Shown: positions 1 through 10,573, counted from the first letter of the stretch. The stretch is 48,949 nucleotides of DNA from Candidatus Bathyarchaeia archaeon (GCA_049970895.1 JBMFMB010000011.1:1-48949); one strand, 5' to 3'. Notes: generated by a model from the sequence alone, not told the origin. Program-made: numbers and translations.

Positions 1-1
1 A

Positions 2-274
2 GGCTGCAATATTGTAGCTGTTAGGAAGGCACCCTTCGACTTTGTCATAACAGTCCCAGAGGAGAATATGAAGGTTATCGGCGGGGTTGCAGACGGCAAG
101 GAGGAAACCCTAAGCCAAAGAGTTGAAGAAATCTTAAGCCTAAGCAAGGTTGTCCAAGCACATCCAGTTCTAGTGACTGACAGGCAGAAGCCCCCTTTAG
201 ATAAGGATATTGCATGCGTCAAAAGTGATGAGATATCAAAAATTAAAAGTCCAGAAGACTTATGCAGACTCTAG
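2..274 (+). CDS. C-terminal part of a putative archaeal HTH transcriptional regulator (COG1395-like), truncated by the window edge
   Basis: Frame open from position 2 (GCNIVAVRKAPFDFVI...IKSPEDLCRL). The KAPFD motif and C-terminus resemble this family. Confidence 0.45.
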   Translation, partial: GCNIVAVRKAPFDFVITVPEENMKVIGGVADGKEETLSQRVEEILSLSKVVQAHPVLVTDRQKPPLDKDIACVKSDEISKIKSPEDLCRL

Positions 275-933
275 TAAAGCCTCGTCTGATGCGCGTCGTT
301 TTCCCGCTTAATTTTTTTCGCGGGCTTCCAAGACTTTCTGACAAAATCTGGATATTCCTTAAAGTTTTCTAGGCAGCGGCGAAGGAACTCTAACGTTTTT
401 GGGTCTGTTGGGTAGCCACACCCAAAGTCGCCGTACTTGGCTTTTAACTCTGCTATTTCACGGTCCCTTTCAACTTTGGCTATTATCGAGGCTGCTGAAA
501 CAACGGGGTATTTCCTATCAGCCTTATGCTCTGAAACTATTTCAACCTTGAAGGGCAAACATTCAAGAATGTGCTGCTTGAAGCGCTCCTCCAAAACGTC
601 TGAGGCGTCCACATAGGCGACGTCCGGCTTGAGAAGCTCTATGACTTTCGCCATGGCTTGTGCCTCAAGCCTATTAAGCCTAAAAAGCTTCTTGCCCCTT
701 TCCACAACCTTGTCAATTTCTGCTGGCGAAAGCTTCACAACAGCATGTTTTCGGGCTACACGCTTAATTTCGGTGGCAAGTGTTTCCCTTCTGCCTGGCG
801 AAAGAAGTTTTGAATCCTTAACGCCTAACTGAACTAGTTTTGGGATGTCACCTTCCTCTATTAGGATTCCGGCGATTACCAGCGGTCCTATGACGGAGCC
901 GCGTCCAGCATCATCAACACCAGCCACCAACAT
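271..933 (-). CDS. rnhB: Ribonuclease HII
   Basis: GVDDAGRG, DSKLL, KAD...VSAASIIAKV, G.GYP.D motifs. Confidence 0.97.
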   Translation of the reverse strand: MLVAGVDDAGRGSVIGPLVIAGILIEEGDIPKLVQLGVKDSKLLSPGRRETLATEIKRVARKHAVVKLSPAEIDKVVERGKKLFRLNRLEAQAMAKVIELLKPDVAYVDASDVLEERFKQHILECLPFKVEIVSEHKADRKYPVVSAASIIAKVERDREIAELKAKYGDFGCGYPTDPKTLEFLRRCLENFKEYPDFVRKSWKPAKKIKRENDAHQTRLY

Positions 934-982
934 TTGAAGATTCCTTCAACACGCCAACAACGAAGTAATAGCGTTTATGATG

Positions 983-1549
983 TTAAAGCTTTAGCTTTTT
1001 TGTGCATGTCAAGGATTCTTTGGCTTTCTGCACAACTGCTTCATGAAGCTTGTCTCTGTTTTCAAATGTAACCGTGAATATTTCAGCATCTTCCCTACTC
1101 TTTGCCGCATCTATTAGTTTGTCTCGGGCTTTCCAGTGGATAACGGCTATAATCAGTTTGCCACTTTCAAAAGCCTCCAAAACCGCCCGCCTAAAATTTT
1201 CTGAGAAAAGCTCCATGGGTCCAATTTCGTCTATGGCTATTATATGGCATTCTTTAACCGCCCTTAAAATTGCCTCCACGCCAACGCTGTCCAAGTCTTC
1301 TAGGTTTACGCGGTACTTGCCAACTTGCGGACCCCTTTTCTGGTTTACGTGGGCAAGCCATCCATGTTTGCTTTTGTCGGCTAAATCCAAAATTTCGAAG
1401 CCTATGCGGGTTCCACATGAGCGGACTTCGCGGCTTATCATTCCGCCTACACTGTAGCCATCAGCCCTCAAAGCCTCAATAACCCTGAGCAGAAGGGTTG
1501 TTTTCCCAACGCCTGGACTACCGGTTATTAGGAGAACCCGCTTAAACAT
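983..1549 (-). CDS. Nucleoside triphosphatase (THEP1/NTPase_1 family)
   Basis: ITGSPGVGKTT P-loop, R.GF, VGKY.V, IDEIGPME. Confidence 0.93.
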   Translation of the reverse strand: MFKRVLLITGSPGVGKTTLLLRVIEALRADGYSVGGMISREVRSCGTRIGFEILDLADKSKHGWLAHVNQKRGPQVGKYRVNLEDLDSVGVEAILRAVKECHIIAIDEIGPMELFSENFRRAVLEAFESGKLIIAVIHWKARDKLIDAAKSREDAEIFTVTFENRDKLHEAVVQKAKESLTCTKKLKL

Positions 1550-1561
1550 TTTGTCAGCCCT

Positions 1562-2422
1562 TTACGACTGTTGCGTTAGGAGGGCGGAGATTCCGCCTGC
1601 CGCAAGAACCAGAAGCTCAAAGGTTTTGTAGGCTTCAACCATACTATTCGCCGTGTATTCAACTGTTAAGCCGTCAACCCTTTTGGCAGTTGGCATTAGC
1701 TCTGCAACGTCTGCAAAGTGGCTTGCTTGGAAGGTTACCCGCATGTCAACGGGCTTTTTGGCTATCAGCAGCTTACTGATCTCGCCCGGCTTAAAGTTTG
1801 ATGCAGCCCTTTCTGAGGCTTCCCTTAACGCTTTCTCAATTTTTGTCATGCTTGGGCTTTTTGCGGAAACTCTGCTCAAAGAGTCTTTTAGGGCGACTGC
1901 TTCAGCCCATGGAGCAAACCGTCTAACATCATCCCTTATGAGTTGGGCTTCACCAGCAACCATTATTACTGGCACACCGCATTCCCCGGCAACATAAGCG
2001 TTCAATAGGAATTCACTGACTTCGACGCCGTTAACCTCAACCTTGCGAACGCTTCCGCCACTGTATGTGTGGTCGAAGGAGGATTTCGCTGTTCCAAACT
2101 TTGCGTGGTACCCCAGAAAAACGGCGACGTCACACCCTTCAATTCCAGCAACCATGCTTAGTGGGCGAGGGAAACCCCTAACAATTTCCATGTATTCTGG
2201 CAAGTCTTCCACGTGGATGTTAACCATTGGACCATGGCTGTCCGCAACAACAATTTCTTCAAAGCCATTTTTGTGCAGTTCGTCAGCCACTATAAGCGTG
2301 ACTTTTGTGGCTATTTTCCTAGCCTCCTCGTAAAGAGTCCCTTTTAAGCCCAAGTGGCTTGGCGTGACAATGTAGGGCATGCCCTCTAAATCGACTGAAA
2401 TAAACGCCTTCATCACTGTCAC
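1562..2422 (-). CDS. D-aminopeptidase, peptidase M55 (DppA family)
   Basis: SVDLEG, ADSHG, GYHA, HTY, SE..LN metal-binding motifs. Confidence 0.92.
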   Translation of the reverse strand: MTVMKAFISVDLEGMPYIVTPSHLGLKGTLYEEARKIATKVTLIVADELHKNGFEEIVVADSHGPMVNIHVEDLPEYMEIVRGFPRPLSMVAGIEGCDVAVFLGYHAKFGTAKSSFDHTYSGGSVRKVEVNGVEVSEFLLNAYVAGECGVPVIMVAGEAQLIRDDVRRFAPWAEAVALKDSLSRVSAKSPSMTKIEKALREASERAASNFKPGEISKLLIAKKPVDMRVTFQASHFADVAELMPTAKRVDGLTVEYTANSMVEAYKTFELLVLAAGGISALLTQQS

Positions 2423-2548
2423 CTTTACTGCTTATGCATTATTTCCTTTAAGGCTAAAATGTTTTGTGAGGGCGTGCTACCAGAAGTCTAATATTCAGCA
2501 GTTAAAGACTTCTATCCATAATCAAGTGTGTTGTGGTTGAAGGCTAGC

Positions 2549-3316
2549 ATGGGCAGCGGAAAAGAACACGAGGGCATAGTGGCGTCCTTCGAGAGACAGC
2601 TTAGCGAGTGGGTAGCCCGAAGACACAGCAAAGTCTTTAGAATAGCCCTGCTTCTAGCCATAATCCTTCTGGTTTTTCTAACATCTTTCAGATACACTGT
2701 TGGCGGATTAAAAGAATGGACCAGAATAGACCCAGCAGCAATTCTCAACATAACCATCCAGCTTTTCACAATAATGAACCCAATTAGTACCATACCAACA
2801 TTTCTCCTGTACACTGGCAACCTCAAACGCGAAGAAAGATTGAAAATAACAAGCACAACAACTATGATAGTTATTGTTCTCCTTTTAACCTTCACCCTCT
2901 TCGGTCCACTAATACTGAGCGCCCTAGACGTTTCAGTCACAAACTTTAGGCTCGGAGGCGGCATCCTCCTACTCATATTAGCCATAGACATGCTTGGCGG
3001 AATGTCAAGATCGAAGGTGATAGACGTAAAACAGGTGGCGGTTGTGCCTCTGGCAACGCCTTTGTTGGTTGGACCTGGAACAATGACGACGCTTATTGTG
3101 TTGTCTGGCACTTATCCAATAATAAACGTTTTAATCGGCGGCTTAATTGCAGCTTTAGGCGTATACCTAACCCTCCGCTTCTCGCCAATCCTTGTTTCGG
3201 CTGTTGGCAACAACGGCGTTCAAGCCTTAAGCCGCATAATGGCTGTTGTATTGGCGGCAATAGCCTCACAAATGATACATTCAGCCCTAGTGGAATGGGG
3301 CATAGCAAAAATATGA
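2549..3316 (+). CDS. MarC family integral membrane protein with N-terminal extension
   Basis: MNPIS.IP.F, GGILL, VVPLATPLLVGPG motifs. ATG at 2549 chosen over the upstream start at 2528. Confidence 0.9.
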   Translation: MGSGKEHEGIVASFERQLSEWVARRHSKVFRIALLLAIILLVFLTSFRYTVGGLKEWTRIDPAAILNITIQLFTIMNPISTIPTFLLYTGNLKREERLKITSTTTMIVIVLLLTFTLFGPLILSALDVSVTNFRLGGGILLLILAIDMLGGMSRSKVIDVKQVAVVPLATPLLVGPGTMTTLIVLSGTYPIINVLIGGLIAALGVYLTLRFSPILVSAVGNNGVQALSRIMAVVLAAIASQMIHSALVEWGIAKI

Positions 3317-4533
3317 AAAATCAAAAGCCAAAAATCGATTTTCCAACAGAAGCCACCGAAGAAGGCGAGGTTAAAGTAATTGTTCCGAAGCTTTCAGCCT
3401 TTGTAGTAAAGCCAAGCGAATACGCGCCATCAAAAGCTCCAGTCTTCTACAACCCTGTCATGGAGCTAAACCGCGACTTGGCTGTTCTGGCAGTTCAAGC
3501 ATATCAAAAAATGGTGAAAAGAGAGCTTTTCATATGCGAGCCACTAGCTGGTTGCGGCGTAAGGGGGATACGATTTGCAAAAGAGGTGAAAGGCGTCAGA
3601 AAAGTTGTGATTAACGACATTAATGAGAAGGCTTACCAGCTTGCAAAATTCAACGTTCAAATGAATGGGCTGGAAAAACGCGTAGCTGTTAAAAACGAGG
3701 ACGCCAACTTGCTTCTAGCTCGACACAGCGCACCGAGAAAACGCTTCGACGTTATAGACATAGATCCCTTCGGCTCACCAGTGCCCTTCTTAGATTCTGC
3801 CATACGCGCCCTCCGCGATGGTGGCTTACTCGCTTTAACAGCCACTGACATGGCACCGTTATGCGGGGTGCATCCAAAAGCTTGCATCAGAAAATATGGC
3901 GGCAAACCCCTTAGGACGGAATACTGCCACGAGCTGGCTGTTAGGCTATTGATAGGCTGCTTGGTGACAACCGCCGCAAAACACGAAATGGGCATTAAAA
4001 TGCTCTTCAGCCACAGCACAGACCACTACATACGTGTTTACGCCGTTCTGCTGCACGGCGCAAGAAACGCCGACAAAAGCCTACAGAACATGGGTTATGT
4101 GCTCCACTGCTTCAACTGCTTCCACAGAGGAACCACCAAAAATCCCTTCGCCTACGGCTTCAGCCTCAAATGTCCAGAATGCGGCTCAAAAATGGATTAT
4201 GCTGGACCACTATGGCTTGGAAAAATAGCGGACAAAAATTTCTGCATTCTGATGGAAGAGACGGCTAAAGAATCCACGTTGAAAAGGAGAGTTTGGAAAA
4301 TTTTATGCCTAGTGAATGGTGAATGCGACGCCCCAATTACATACTACGTTTTAGACAAGATTTGCGATAAACTTGGTTTATCAGTTCCTTCAACTAACAG
4401 CGTTCTTAAGGCAATGGCTGAAAGGGGTTTTGCTTTTTCAAGGACCCATTTCAACCCAAAGGGGATAAAGAGTAACATATCAATAAAAGAGTTAAAAGAA
4501 CTGCTGTCACATCTGACATGTGGCAAATTTTAA
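3313..4533 (+). CDS. trm1: tRNA (guanine-26 N2,N2)-dimethyltransferase
   Basis: VFYNPVMELNRD, G.RGIR, DIDPFGSP, TATD, GPLWLG and a Zn finger. ATGA overlap with the marC stop. Confidence 0.96.
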   Translation: MKNQKPKIDFPTEATEEGEVKVIVPKLSAFVVKPSEYAPSKAPVFYNPVMELNRDLAVLAVQAYQKMVKRELFICEPLAGCGVRGIRFAKEVKGVRKVVINDINEKAYQLAKFNVQMNGLEKRVAVKNEDANLLLARHSAPRKRFDVIDIDPFGSPVPFLDSAIRALRDGGLLALTATDMAPLCGVHPKACIRKYGGKPLRTEYCHELAVRLLIGCLVTTAAKHEMGIKMLFSHSTDHYIRVYAVLLHGARNADKSLQNMGYVLHCFNCFHRGTTKNPFAYGFSLKCPECGSKMDYAGPLWLGKIADKNFCILMEETAKESTLKRRVWKILCLVNGECDAPITYYVLDKICDKLGLSVPSTNSVLKAMAERGFAFSRTHFNPKGIKSNISIKELKELLSHLTCGKF

Positions 4534-4563
4534 ATAACATAAAGAGATAAGTGAGTGACTTAG

Positions 4564-5157
4564 GTGAAGCAGATGAATAAGAAAATAGCCATCATAATCG
4601 TACTAGTCTCTCTGCTAGTACAATGCGTCTTAATGGCGTCATTGGTGCATGCACAAAAGACAATAACCGCGTGGACCGATAAGCCAATCTATAGTCCTGG
4701 GGAATCCGGAACCCTCTACATAACATTTTATAACACCAGAGATGGTGCAGTGACAGTCAAAAAAATAGTTGTATTCTTTGAAGAGTGGAGAGCTTTCAAG
4801 AATGGAAAATGGGAAGGAAATAAAACCTTAGAGGTAAACAAGGCTTTGGCGAGCGGAGAGGCTTACCCCGTTAGCACAGATTTCACCGTTCCAACTGATG
4901 GAAGAGCCACTGATACAACGGTTGAAATAAAGGTTTATACTGAGGAAGCTGGAGTCATAGACCCGAATGGAGCAGAAGCCATCATACACGTTTCCGAAAC
5001 TCCGCCTTACATGGCTCAAATGCTAAATCTCATAACAATACATGTTGTCCTAATGATTGTTTGCACCATCATCATCGCAGCGGTCATATTCTTGTCTGTG
5101 CGAAAACCCAAAGCGGTGGTTGAGGAAGAAGAGAAGGGGAAATCTGAACAGCCTTAA
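4564..5157 (+). CDS. Hypothetical cell-surface protein (signal peptide, beta-rich domain, C-terminal TM anchor)
   Basis: Hydrophobic N- and C-terminal segments; TDKPIYSPGE Ig-like start. Confidence 0.7.
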   Translation: MKQMNKKIAIIIVLVSLLVQCVLMASLVHAQKTITAWTDKPIYSPGESGTLYITFYNTRDGAVTVKKIVVFFEEWRAFKNGKWEGNKTLEVNKALASGEAYPVSTDFTVPTDGRATDTTVEIKVYTEEAGVIDPNGAEAIIHVSETPPYMAQMLNLITIHVVLMIVCTIIIAAVIFLSVRKPKAVVEEEEKGKSEQP

Positions 5158-5229
5158 ACCATTTTTTCCATTTAATTTTTAAGCACGAACACCATTTCTA
5201 CTTTATAGGAATTTGACTATTGGAGGTGC

Positions 5230-6924
5230 GTGGAGCTCGGAAAAGTTTTGGTTACTTCAGCGTGGCCCTATATAAATGTGACGCCGCACATCGGCAACCT
5301 GGTAGGTTCAGTTCTCTCAGCGGATGTTGTCGCCCGCTATTTTAGGCTTAAGGGCGAAGAGGTTGTCATGGTGAGCGGTTCTGACGAGCATGGAACTCCC
5401 ATTGAGGTTGAAGCCATAAGGCTTGGCGTCAAACCAAAAGAGTTGACGGACAAAAACCACGCGAGGGTTGTGGAGCTTTTCAAAAGGTGGGGTATATCCT
5501 TCGACAATTACACGCGAACAGAAAGCCCTGTGCATAAGGAGTTTGTTCAGCAGCATTTGATGAAGATTTACAGGAACGGCTACATATTCACAAAAGAGAC
5601 CGAAATGTTATACTGTGAGAAGTGCAAGCGTTTCCTCCCAGATCGCTTTGTTGAGGGGAAGTGCCCCTACTGTGGGTATATGCCAGCCCGTGGTGACCAG
5701 TGCGACAACTGTGGAAGGCTTCTTGAGCCAACAACCCTTATAGAGCCTTACTGCGTGATATGCAAGGGCAAGCCCGTAATAAAAAGCACAAAGCACTGGT
5801 ACTTTGACCTTGGAAAATTCTCCGAAAAGCTTGCAAAATATATCAGCGAAAACAGGCAGTTGCCAACAAACGCCAAAAACTTCAGCTTAAACCTAATAAG
5901 GGAGGGGCTAAAACCCAGAGCTGTTACAAGAGACGTGGGTTGGGGGATTCCAGCACCATTTCCCGGAGCCGAGGGAAAAACCATTTATGTTTGGGTTGAA
6001 GCTGTTTTGGGCTATGTTTCAGCCACCATAGAATATTTCAGAAACCGTGGCGACCCAGAAGGCTGGAAGGCCTACTGGTTTGACAAGGATGCCAAAACCC
6101 TATACTTCATTGGGAAGGACAACATTCCCTTCCACACGATAATTTTGCCAGCACTGCTCATGGCTTCCCATGAAGATTACAATTTGCCATGGAACGTTTC
6201 AGCCACAGAATTCCTCCAGTTCAAGGGTGAGAAAGCCTCAAAAAGCTTGAGGATTGGCATATGGATTGACGAAGCCTTGGAGCTTTTCCCAGCTGACTAT
6301 TGGCGCTACTTCCTAATAGCCACAAGACCAGAAACAAAAGATTCAAACTTTTCATGGGAAATCTTCGCCGAAAAGATAAACGCTGATTTGAACGACACCT
6401 TTGGCAACTTTATCCACCGCACACTGTCCTTCATAAACCGCCAGTTTAACAGCCAAATCCCAAAGCCAAGCCAACTGGACATGGACGATAACAAAGTTTT
6501 GGAAGCCCTAAAAGGGAAGGTGGGCGAAATTGCCGCAGATTTTGAGGCTTGTAGACTGCAGTCAGCAGCAAATGGCGTTATAGGCATAAGTCGCCTCGGA
6601 AACCAGTACTTGAACGATAAGGAGCCATGGAACCTAATTAAACGCGACAGAACCCAAGCTGCAACAGTCCTTTACGTGGCTGCACAGCTGGTTAAAGCTT
6701 TGGCAATAACATCAGCCCCAATAATACCCTTCACAGCAGAAGAACTCTGGACAACATTAAACTTGCCTGGCAGCATCCACCAGCAAAGGTGGGATGAAGC
6801 CCTAAAACCTTTACCAGCCGGCCACAAAATAGCCGAGGCTAAGCCCTTATTCCACAAGGTGAAAGCTGACGAGAAAAAGCTTGACGAAATGCTGGAGAAA
6901 GTTAGAAAGACAATGACGAAGTGA
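5230..6924 (+). CDS. metG: Methionine--tRNA ligase (short form, no C-terminal OB domain)
   Basis: PHIGN (HIGH), GSDEHGTPI, Zn knuckles, YVWVEA, GKDNIPFH, KASKS. Confidence 0.98.
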   Translation: MELGKVLVTSAWPYINVTPHIGNLVGSVLSADVVARYFRLKGEEVVMVSGSDEHGTPIEVEAIRLGVKPKELTDKNHARVVELFKRWGISFDNYTRTESPVHKEFVQQHLMKIYRNGYIFTKETEMLYCEKCKRFLPDRFVEGKCPYCGYMPARGDQCDNCGRLLEPTTLIEPYCVICKGKPVIKSTKHWYFDLGKFSEKLAKYISENRQLPTNAKNFSLNLIREGLKPRAVTRDVGWGIPAPFPGAEGKTIYVWVEAVLGYVSATIEYFRNRGDPEGWKAYWFDKDAKTLYFIGKDNIPFHTIILPALLMASHEDYNLPWNVSATEFLQFKGEKASKSLRIGIWIDEALELFPADYWRYFLIATRPETKDSNFSWEIFAEKINADLNDTFGNFIHRTLSFINRQFNSQIPKPSQLDMDDNKVLEALKGKVGEIAADFEACRLQSAANGVIGISRLGNQYLNDKEPWNLIKRDRTQAATVLYVAAQLVKALAITSAPIIPFTAEELWTTLNLPGSIHQQRWDEALKPLPAGHKIAEAKPLFHKVKADEKKLDEMLEKVRKTMTK

Positions 6925-7039
6925 AAACCTCCACATTCAGGTGCATGCCAAATCCAAACAGGTCTTATCCACTCTTAGGCACAATAAGGTCTTAACAATA
7001 TTCATAGCCGTTGCTTTTTGGACAAACCCTATGAGAAAG

Positions 7040-7113
7040 TGGACCGGGCGGGATTTGAACCCGCGACCTCCCGAGTGCAAGTCGGGCGTTCATACCAACT
7101 GAACTACCGGCCC
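7040..7113 (-). tRNA. tRNA-Ala(TGC), intronless, CCA not encoded
   Basis: GGGCCGG acceptor stem with G3:U70; anticodon arm CCCGA-CTTGCAC-TCGGG; GGTTCAAATCC T-arm. Confidence 0.97.
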
Positions 7114-7293
7114 GCAGTTTTTTCAAGCTTTTTGAATAGTGAAGGGTGATTTAGACTTTTCTGACATAGCTTTGAACTGATCAGTTAAAGGGGCAAGTCA
7201 GCATCATGCTGTGGACCATTTTCAGTTTTCTTTCTACGGATTTTTGCAAAAAGCTTTTTTTTAATTTGGGCTTCATATATTGTGGTGGTTGTG

Positions 7294-7443
7294 TTGAATG
7301 TTAGGCTCTTTGTTGATGGGGAGGAGATAAGCCTAAACAGGTTTGTTGTTAGGATTTTGGGCGGCACCATTGTTGGGGCTGTTGGCGCATTAAGAGGCGT
7401 TAAAGAGGACTGGAAGGAGATTAAAATAGAGGTAAAGCGTTAA
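7294..7443 (+). CDS. Small hypothetical protein (49 aa), resembling the C-terminal domain of archaeal MobB-like proteins
   Basis: Not in the ORF track. TTG...TAA reads LNVRLFVDGEEISLNRFVVRILGGTIVGAVGALRGVKEDWKEIKIEVKR, preceded by GGTGG and lying in front of the PDO gene. Confidence 0.7.
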   Translation: MNVRLFVDGEEISLNRFVVRILGGTIVGAVGALRGVKEDWKEIKIEVKR

Positions 7444-7458
7444 TGGGGATGCAGCTAC

Positions 7459-8115
7459 ATGATTCCAGAAGTTCATAAGAGGCATCTGCAGGAGGAGTTG
7501 GCTGGTAAACTACAGAAGCCGGTTAGGCTTGTTGTTTTCACACAGGAGTATGAATGCCCTTATTGTGCTCAGGCGCGAAGTCTAGTTGAGGAGTTGGCCT
7601 CTTTAAGTGATAAGATAGGCGTTGAGGTTTATGATTTTGTGGCTGACGCGGATAAGGCTAGGGCTTATGGTGTTGACAAGGTTCCAGCCGTTGCAATTGT
7701 TGGTGAGAAGGATTTTGGCTTGAGGTTTTACGGCTTGCCATATGGCTATGAGTTTGGTACTTTTTTGGAGGGTATAACTGCCGTTTCTCGCGGGAGGGCA
7801 GACATTTCTGAAACGACTAGAGAGAAGCTTAAAGGCATAAAGGTGCCCGTGCACATACAGGTTTTTGTCACTTTGACTTGTCCATATTGTCCTTCTGTTG
7901 CAAGCCTTGCCTACAAGTTTGCCGTTGAGAGCGACTTTGTTAGGGCTGATATTATAGACGTAAGTGAGTTTCCCCATGTTGGGCATAAGTACGCTGTTAT
8001 GGGTGTTCCAAAAACCGTCGTAAACGAGAAGGTTGAATTTTTGGGGGCTGTTCCAGAAGACGTCTTTTTAGAGCATGTTTTGTTGGCTGCCCGTCGCCCA
8101 GAATATGTTCTCTAG
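7459..8115 (+). CDS. Protein disulfide oxidoreductase (PDO / AhpF N-terminal-like, two thioredoxin folds)
   Basis: Two CPYC motifs, G.P.GYEF, GVPKTV. Confidence 0.93.
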   Translation: MIPEVHKRHLQEELAGKLQKPVRLVVFTQEYECPYCAQARSLVEELASLSDKIGVEVYDFVADADKARAYGVDKVPAVAIVGEKDFGLRFYGLPYGYEFGTFLEGITAVSRGRADISETTREKLKGIKVPVHIQVFVTLTCPYCPSVASLAYKFAVESDFVRADIIDVSEFPHVGHKYAVMGVPKTVVNEKVEFLGAVPEDVFLEHVLLAARRPEYVL

Positions 8116-8156
8116 CCCTTCCAGTGGTGTAAAATCTGGCAAGCAAGAAAGATTTT

Positions 8157-8942
8157 TTGACATTAATTTTTGTTTATAGCGGCGAGTTTGCAGAGCGTGT
8201 AATAAGGAATCTCATAAACGACCCAAGTTTTTGCAAGTCTTGCGGCTTATACTGTGACTCGTGTAAGTATGGCGTTTACAGTTTTGTGCAGAACATCCGC
8301 GCCGCTATAGAACTCCCAAAACCCACGGAACTGCCAGCCTTCATAGACAAGCCAGAAGAATACATGCCCAAAAGCGTTCCAAGGGCGGATTTATGTGTGG
8401 CTTCCGGGTTGCATAAGGACTTGCTTTTGGAACTGCCCTCCCACATTTTAAGGGCTGGGGTTAAGGGCTTAATTGTGCCCATCGAAGATTTTAACGAAGT
8501 CCCATCAGGCTTGAGGAAGCAGTTGGAGGAGCGCTGCGTAGAGCTTGGCTTAGAATATGCTTTTCCAAAGCCTTTCTGTTCGCTGGAGCCAGCCGACGAC
8601 AAGCCGTTAATTTCACGTTTTGTAGAAGAGCTTGGCGTTGGACGCCCAAAACTTGAAATTTCCACAGCCAAGCGGGGTGGTCGCGAAATTATAGAGGCGG
8701 CGATTGTTAGGCGAAGCGCTCCATGCGGCTCAACATGGTATGTGGCGAGAAAACTCATAGGCGTCGAAACAAGACGCGAAATCTTGTATGATGCTGTTGC
8801 GAAGGCTCATCATAGCTACCCATGCACAGCCACAATGAGTGTTGACCCAGAGGTTAAGGAGCCCATCCTCCACATAGGCGGCTACATAATAAGGGAAGAG
8901 GTGGAAAAAGCATTGGGAAGGGCTGGAGCCGCCGCCACTTAG
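8157..8942 (+). CDS. DUF166 family protein with extra Cys cluster
   Basis: PKPFCSL, RSAPCGSTW, YPCTA motifs; N-terminal CxxCxxxCxxC. Confidence 0.8.
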   Translation: MTLIFVYSGEFAERVIRNLINDPSFCKSCGLYCDSCKYGVYSFVQNIRAAIELPKPTELPAFIDKPEEYMPKSVPRADLCVASGLHKDLLLELPSHILRAGVKGLIVPIEDFNEVPSGLRKQLEERCVELGLEYAFPKPFCSLEPADDKPLISRFVEELGVGRPKLEISTAKRGGREIIEAAIVRRSAPCGSTWYVARKLIGVETRREILYDAVAKAHHSYPCTATMSVDPEVKEPILHIGGYIIREEVEKALGRAGAAAT

Positions 8943-9334
8943 CCTTTAGGCAATCTCTCGATGAGATTTAGGACTTTTGCTTTTATGGCATCCCGCACTT
9001 TCCTTGCTTTTTCTAGGGGCATTTTGGCTGGGTCCGGCATGTTCCACTCTTCAACATGTTTTGTGTAGACTACTGGGCATAGGGAGTCGCTACAGACGAT
9101 TATGGCCATTTCGGCTTTTTCCTGAAGCTCTCTAGTTATGATTTGGGGCTTTTTGTTGCTTATGTCTATGCCCTCTTCCAGCATAAGCCTAACAGCGTTT
9201 GGATGAACTCTTTCCGCTGGTTTTATGCCAGCACTGGTGGCTTTCCAGCCTTCAGGTGCATACTTGTTAAAGTAGGCTTCAGCTATTTGGCTTCTGAAAC
9301 TGTTTTCAACACAGACGAATAGGACGGTTTTCAA
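8939..9334 (-). CDS. arsC: Arsenate reductase / low-molecular-weight PTP family
   Basis: CVENSFRSQ (CX5R) P-loop, SAG, C...CP resolving cysteines, W..PDP. Confidence 0.8.
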   Translation of the reverse strand: MKTVLFVCVENSFRSQIAEAYFNKYAPEGWKATSAGIKPAERVHPNAVRLMLEEGIDISNKKPQIITRELQEKAEMAIIVCSDSLCPVVYTKHVEEWNMPDPAKMPLEKARKVRDAIKAKVLNLIERLPKG

Positions 9335-9336
9335 TT

Positions 9337-10572
9337 TTAGCCTTCCCAGTCTAGGAGTCGCTTTTCGCCCTCTATCTTCTTTAAGTCTGTTATGTCTTGG
9401 GTTACCTCCATAGTGCCCAAATACTTGCCATCCTTGTCTCTTACTGCGAAGTATCTTATGTGGATTAGGCGGTCGCCCTTTTGTATCCAGAATTCAGCCA
9501 CATCCTTTTCGCCCTTCTTGAAGGCTTCTAGGATTCTGTTAACCACGTGGACACTTTTCTGTGGGTGGCAAAGCTGCACTTTCCTGCCCAGAACTGCCTT
9601 TGTTCTAACAAATATGCGCTTCTCAGCCTTGCTAAAGAATTTAACCGCATCATCCTTGTCCACAAAGGTTATGTCAACTGGCAGCGTGTTCAAAATAGCC
9701 TCAATCTCCTCCTTCGTCAAAGTTCCAGTTTCAAATTGCAGTGTGCCTTCTGGCATGGGCTTCTCCTCGATTTTCGGTTTTTCAAGCTCTTTTGCTGGCT
9801 CAGATACTAAGTGTTCTGGTGTGAAGCAGCAATACCCAACCTCGTCAAAATCCTCTCTTATGGCGGTCCACTCTTGCTCCGTGACCACCCGCTGGGCTGC
9901 AGGAAACAGTATATTGTTCTCCTTGTAGATGTGGCTGTTAAGCGTGCTGCTTATATCTTTTGCCAGTTCGCCAAGCTGCCTCTTAAAATCTGAAAAGCCC
10001 ATTTTCATGGCGTTCACGATTAGGGCTTTAAGCTGTTTTTTCTTTTCCCTAAGCTGGTTGTGCTCCATCCACATTATTGCTGGAGGCTCGCTTATCCCAT
10101 GCCTTTCCAAAACTGGGAAAAGGGCGTTTTCCTCCCTCAAATAATGTTTTTCTGCATCTAAAAGCTCGTCTGCAACACGTTTTAGCTGTGACAATTCCTC
10201 GGCCACTGAATCTGGGCTTTCCGCCCTTTTCACCTCTTCGGTTAACATGACAAGTTTATTGGCGATTTGCTGAATCATCTTATGCTCTTCGAGAAGAATG
10301 CCGATGGGGCTGGCTGTTGCAGCCTCAACCCTCTGCTTTTCCAACTGCCCCCTAAAGATTGCCAGGTGAACGTCGCAGAGCCTTTGAAGTTCCTCTCTTG
10401 AAACGCCCTCGCTTACAAGTTCTTGCTCAATTTTGGCAATCTCAAGCGAGCTTACGCCCTCAAGAAACTGCCTAAAACGCTCCTTAACTTGCTCCGGTGG
10501 AACACCAGCATGCAGCTGCCTCAAAATCTCCTTTAACGCCTTTTTTCGATCTTCTTCTGTTAATCCGCCCAT
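9337..10572 (-). CDS. DUF438 + hemerythrin-like + PAS_10 domain protein
   Basis: LCDVH, EH, HY.REEN.LFP, HIYKENNILFP, LPVDITFVD, CHP.KS. Confidence 0.9.
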   Translation of the reverse strand: MGGLTEEDRKKALKEILRQLHAGVPPEQVKERFRQFLEGVSSLEIAKIEQELVSEGVSREELQRLCDVHLAIFRGQLEKQRVEAATASPIGILLEEHKMIQQIANKLVMLTEEVKRAESPDSVAEELSQLKRVADELLDAEKHYLREENALFPVLERHGISEPPAIMWMEHNQLREKKKQLKALIVNAMKMGFSDFKRQLGELAKDISSTLNSHIYKENNILFPAAQRVVTEQEWTAIREDFDEVGYCCFTPEHLVSEPAKELEKPKIEEKPMPEGTLQFETGTLTKEEIEAILNTLPVDITFVDKDDAVKFFSKAEKRIFVRTKAVLGRKVQLCHPQKSVHVVNRILEAFKKGEKDVAEFWIQKGDRLIHIRYFAVRDKDGKYLGTMEVTQDITDLKKIEGEKRLLDWEG

Positions 10573-10573
10573 T

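Noticed and set aside
7040-7113. tRNA-Ala as the attachment site of an integrated element
   Set aside because: No duplicated tRNA 3' end and no integrase seen in the window.
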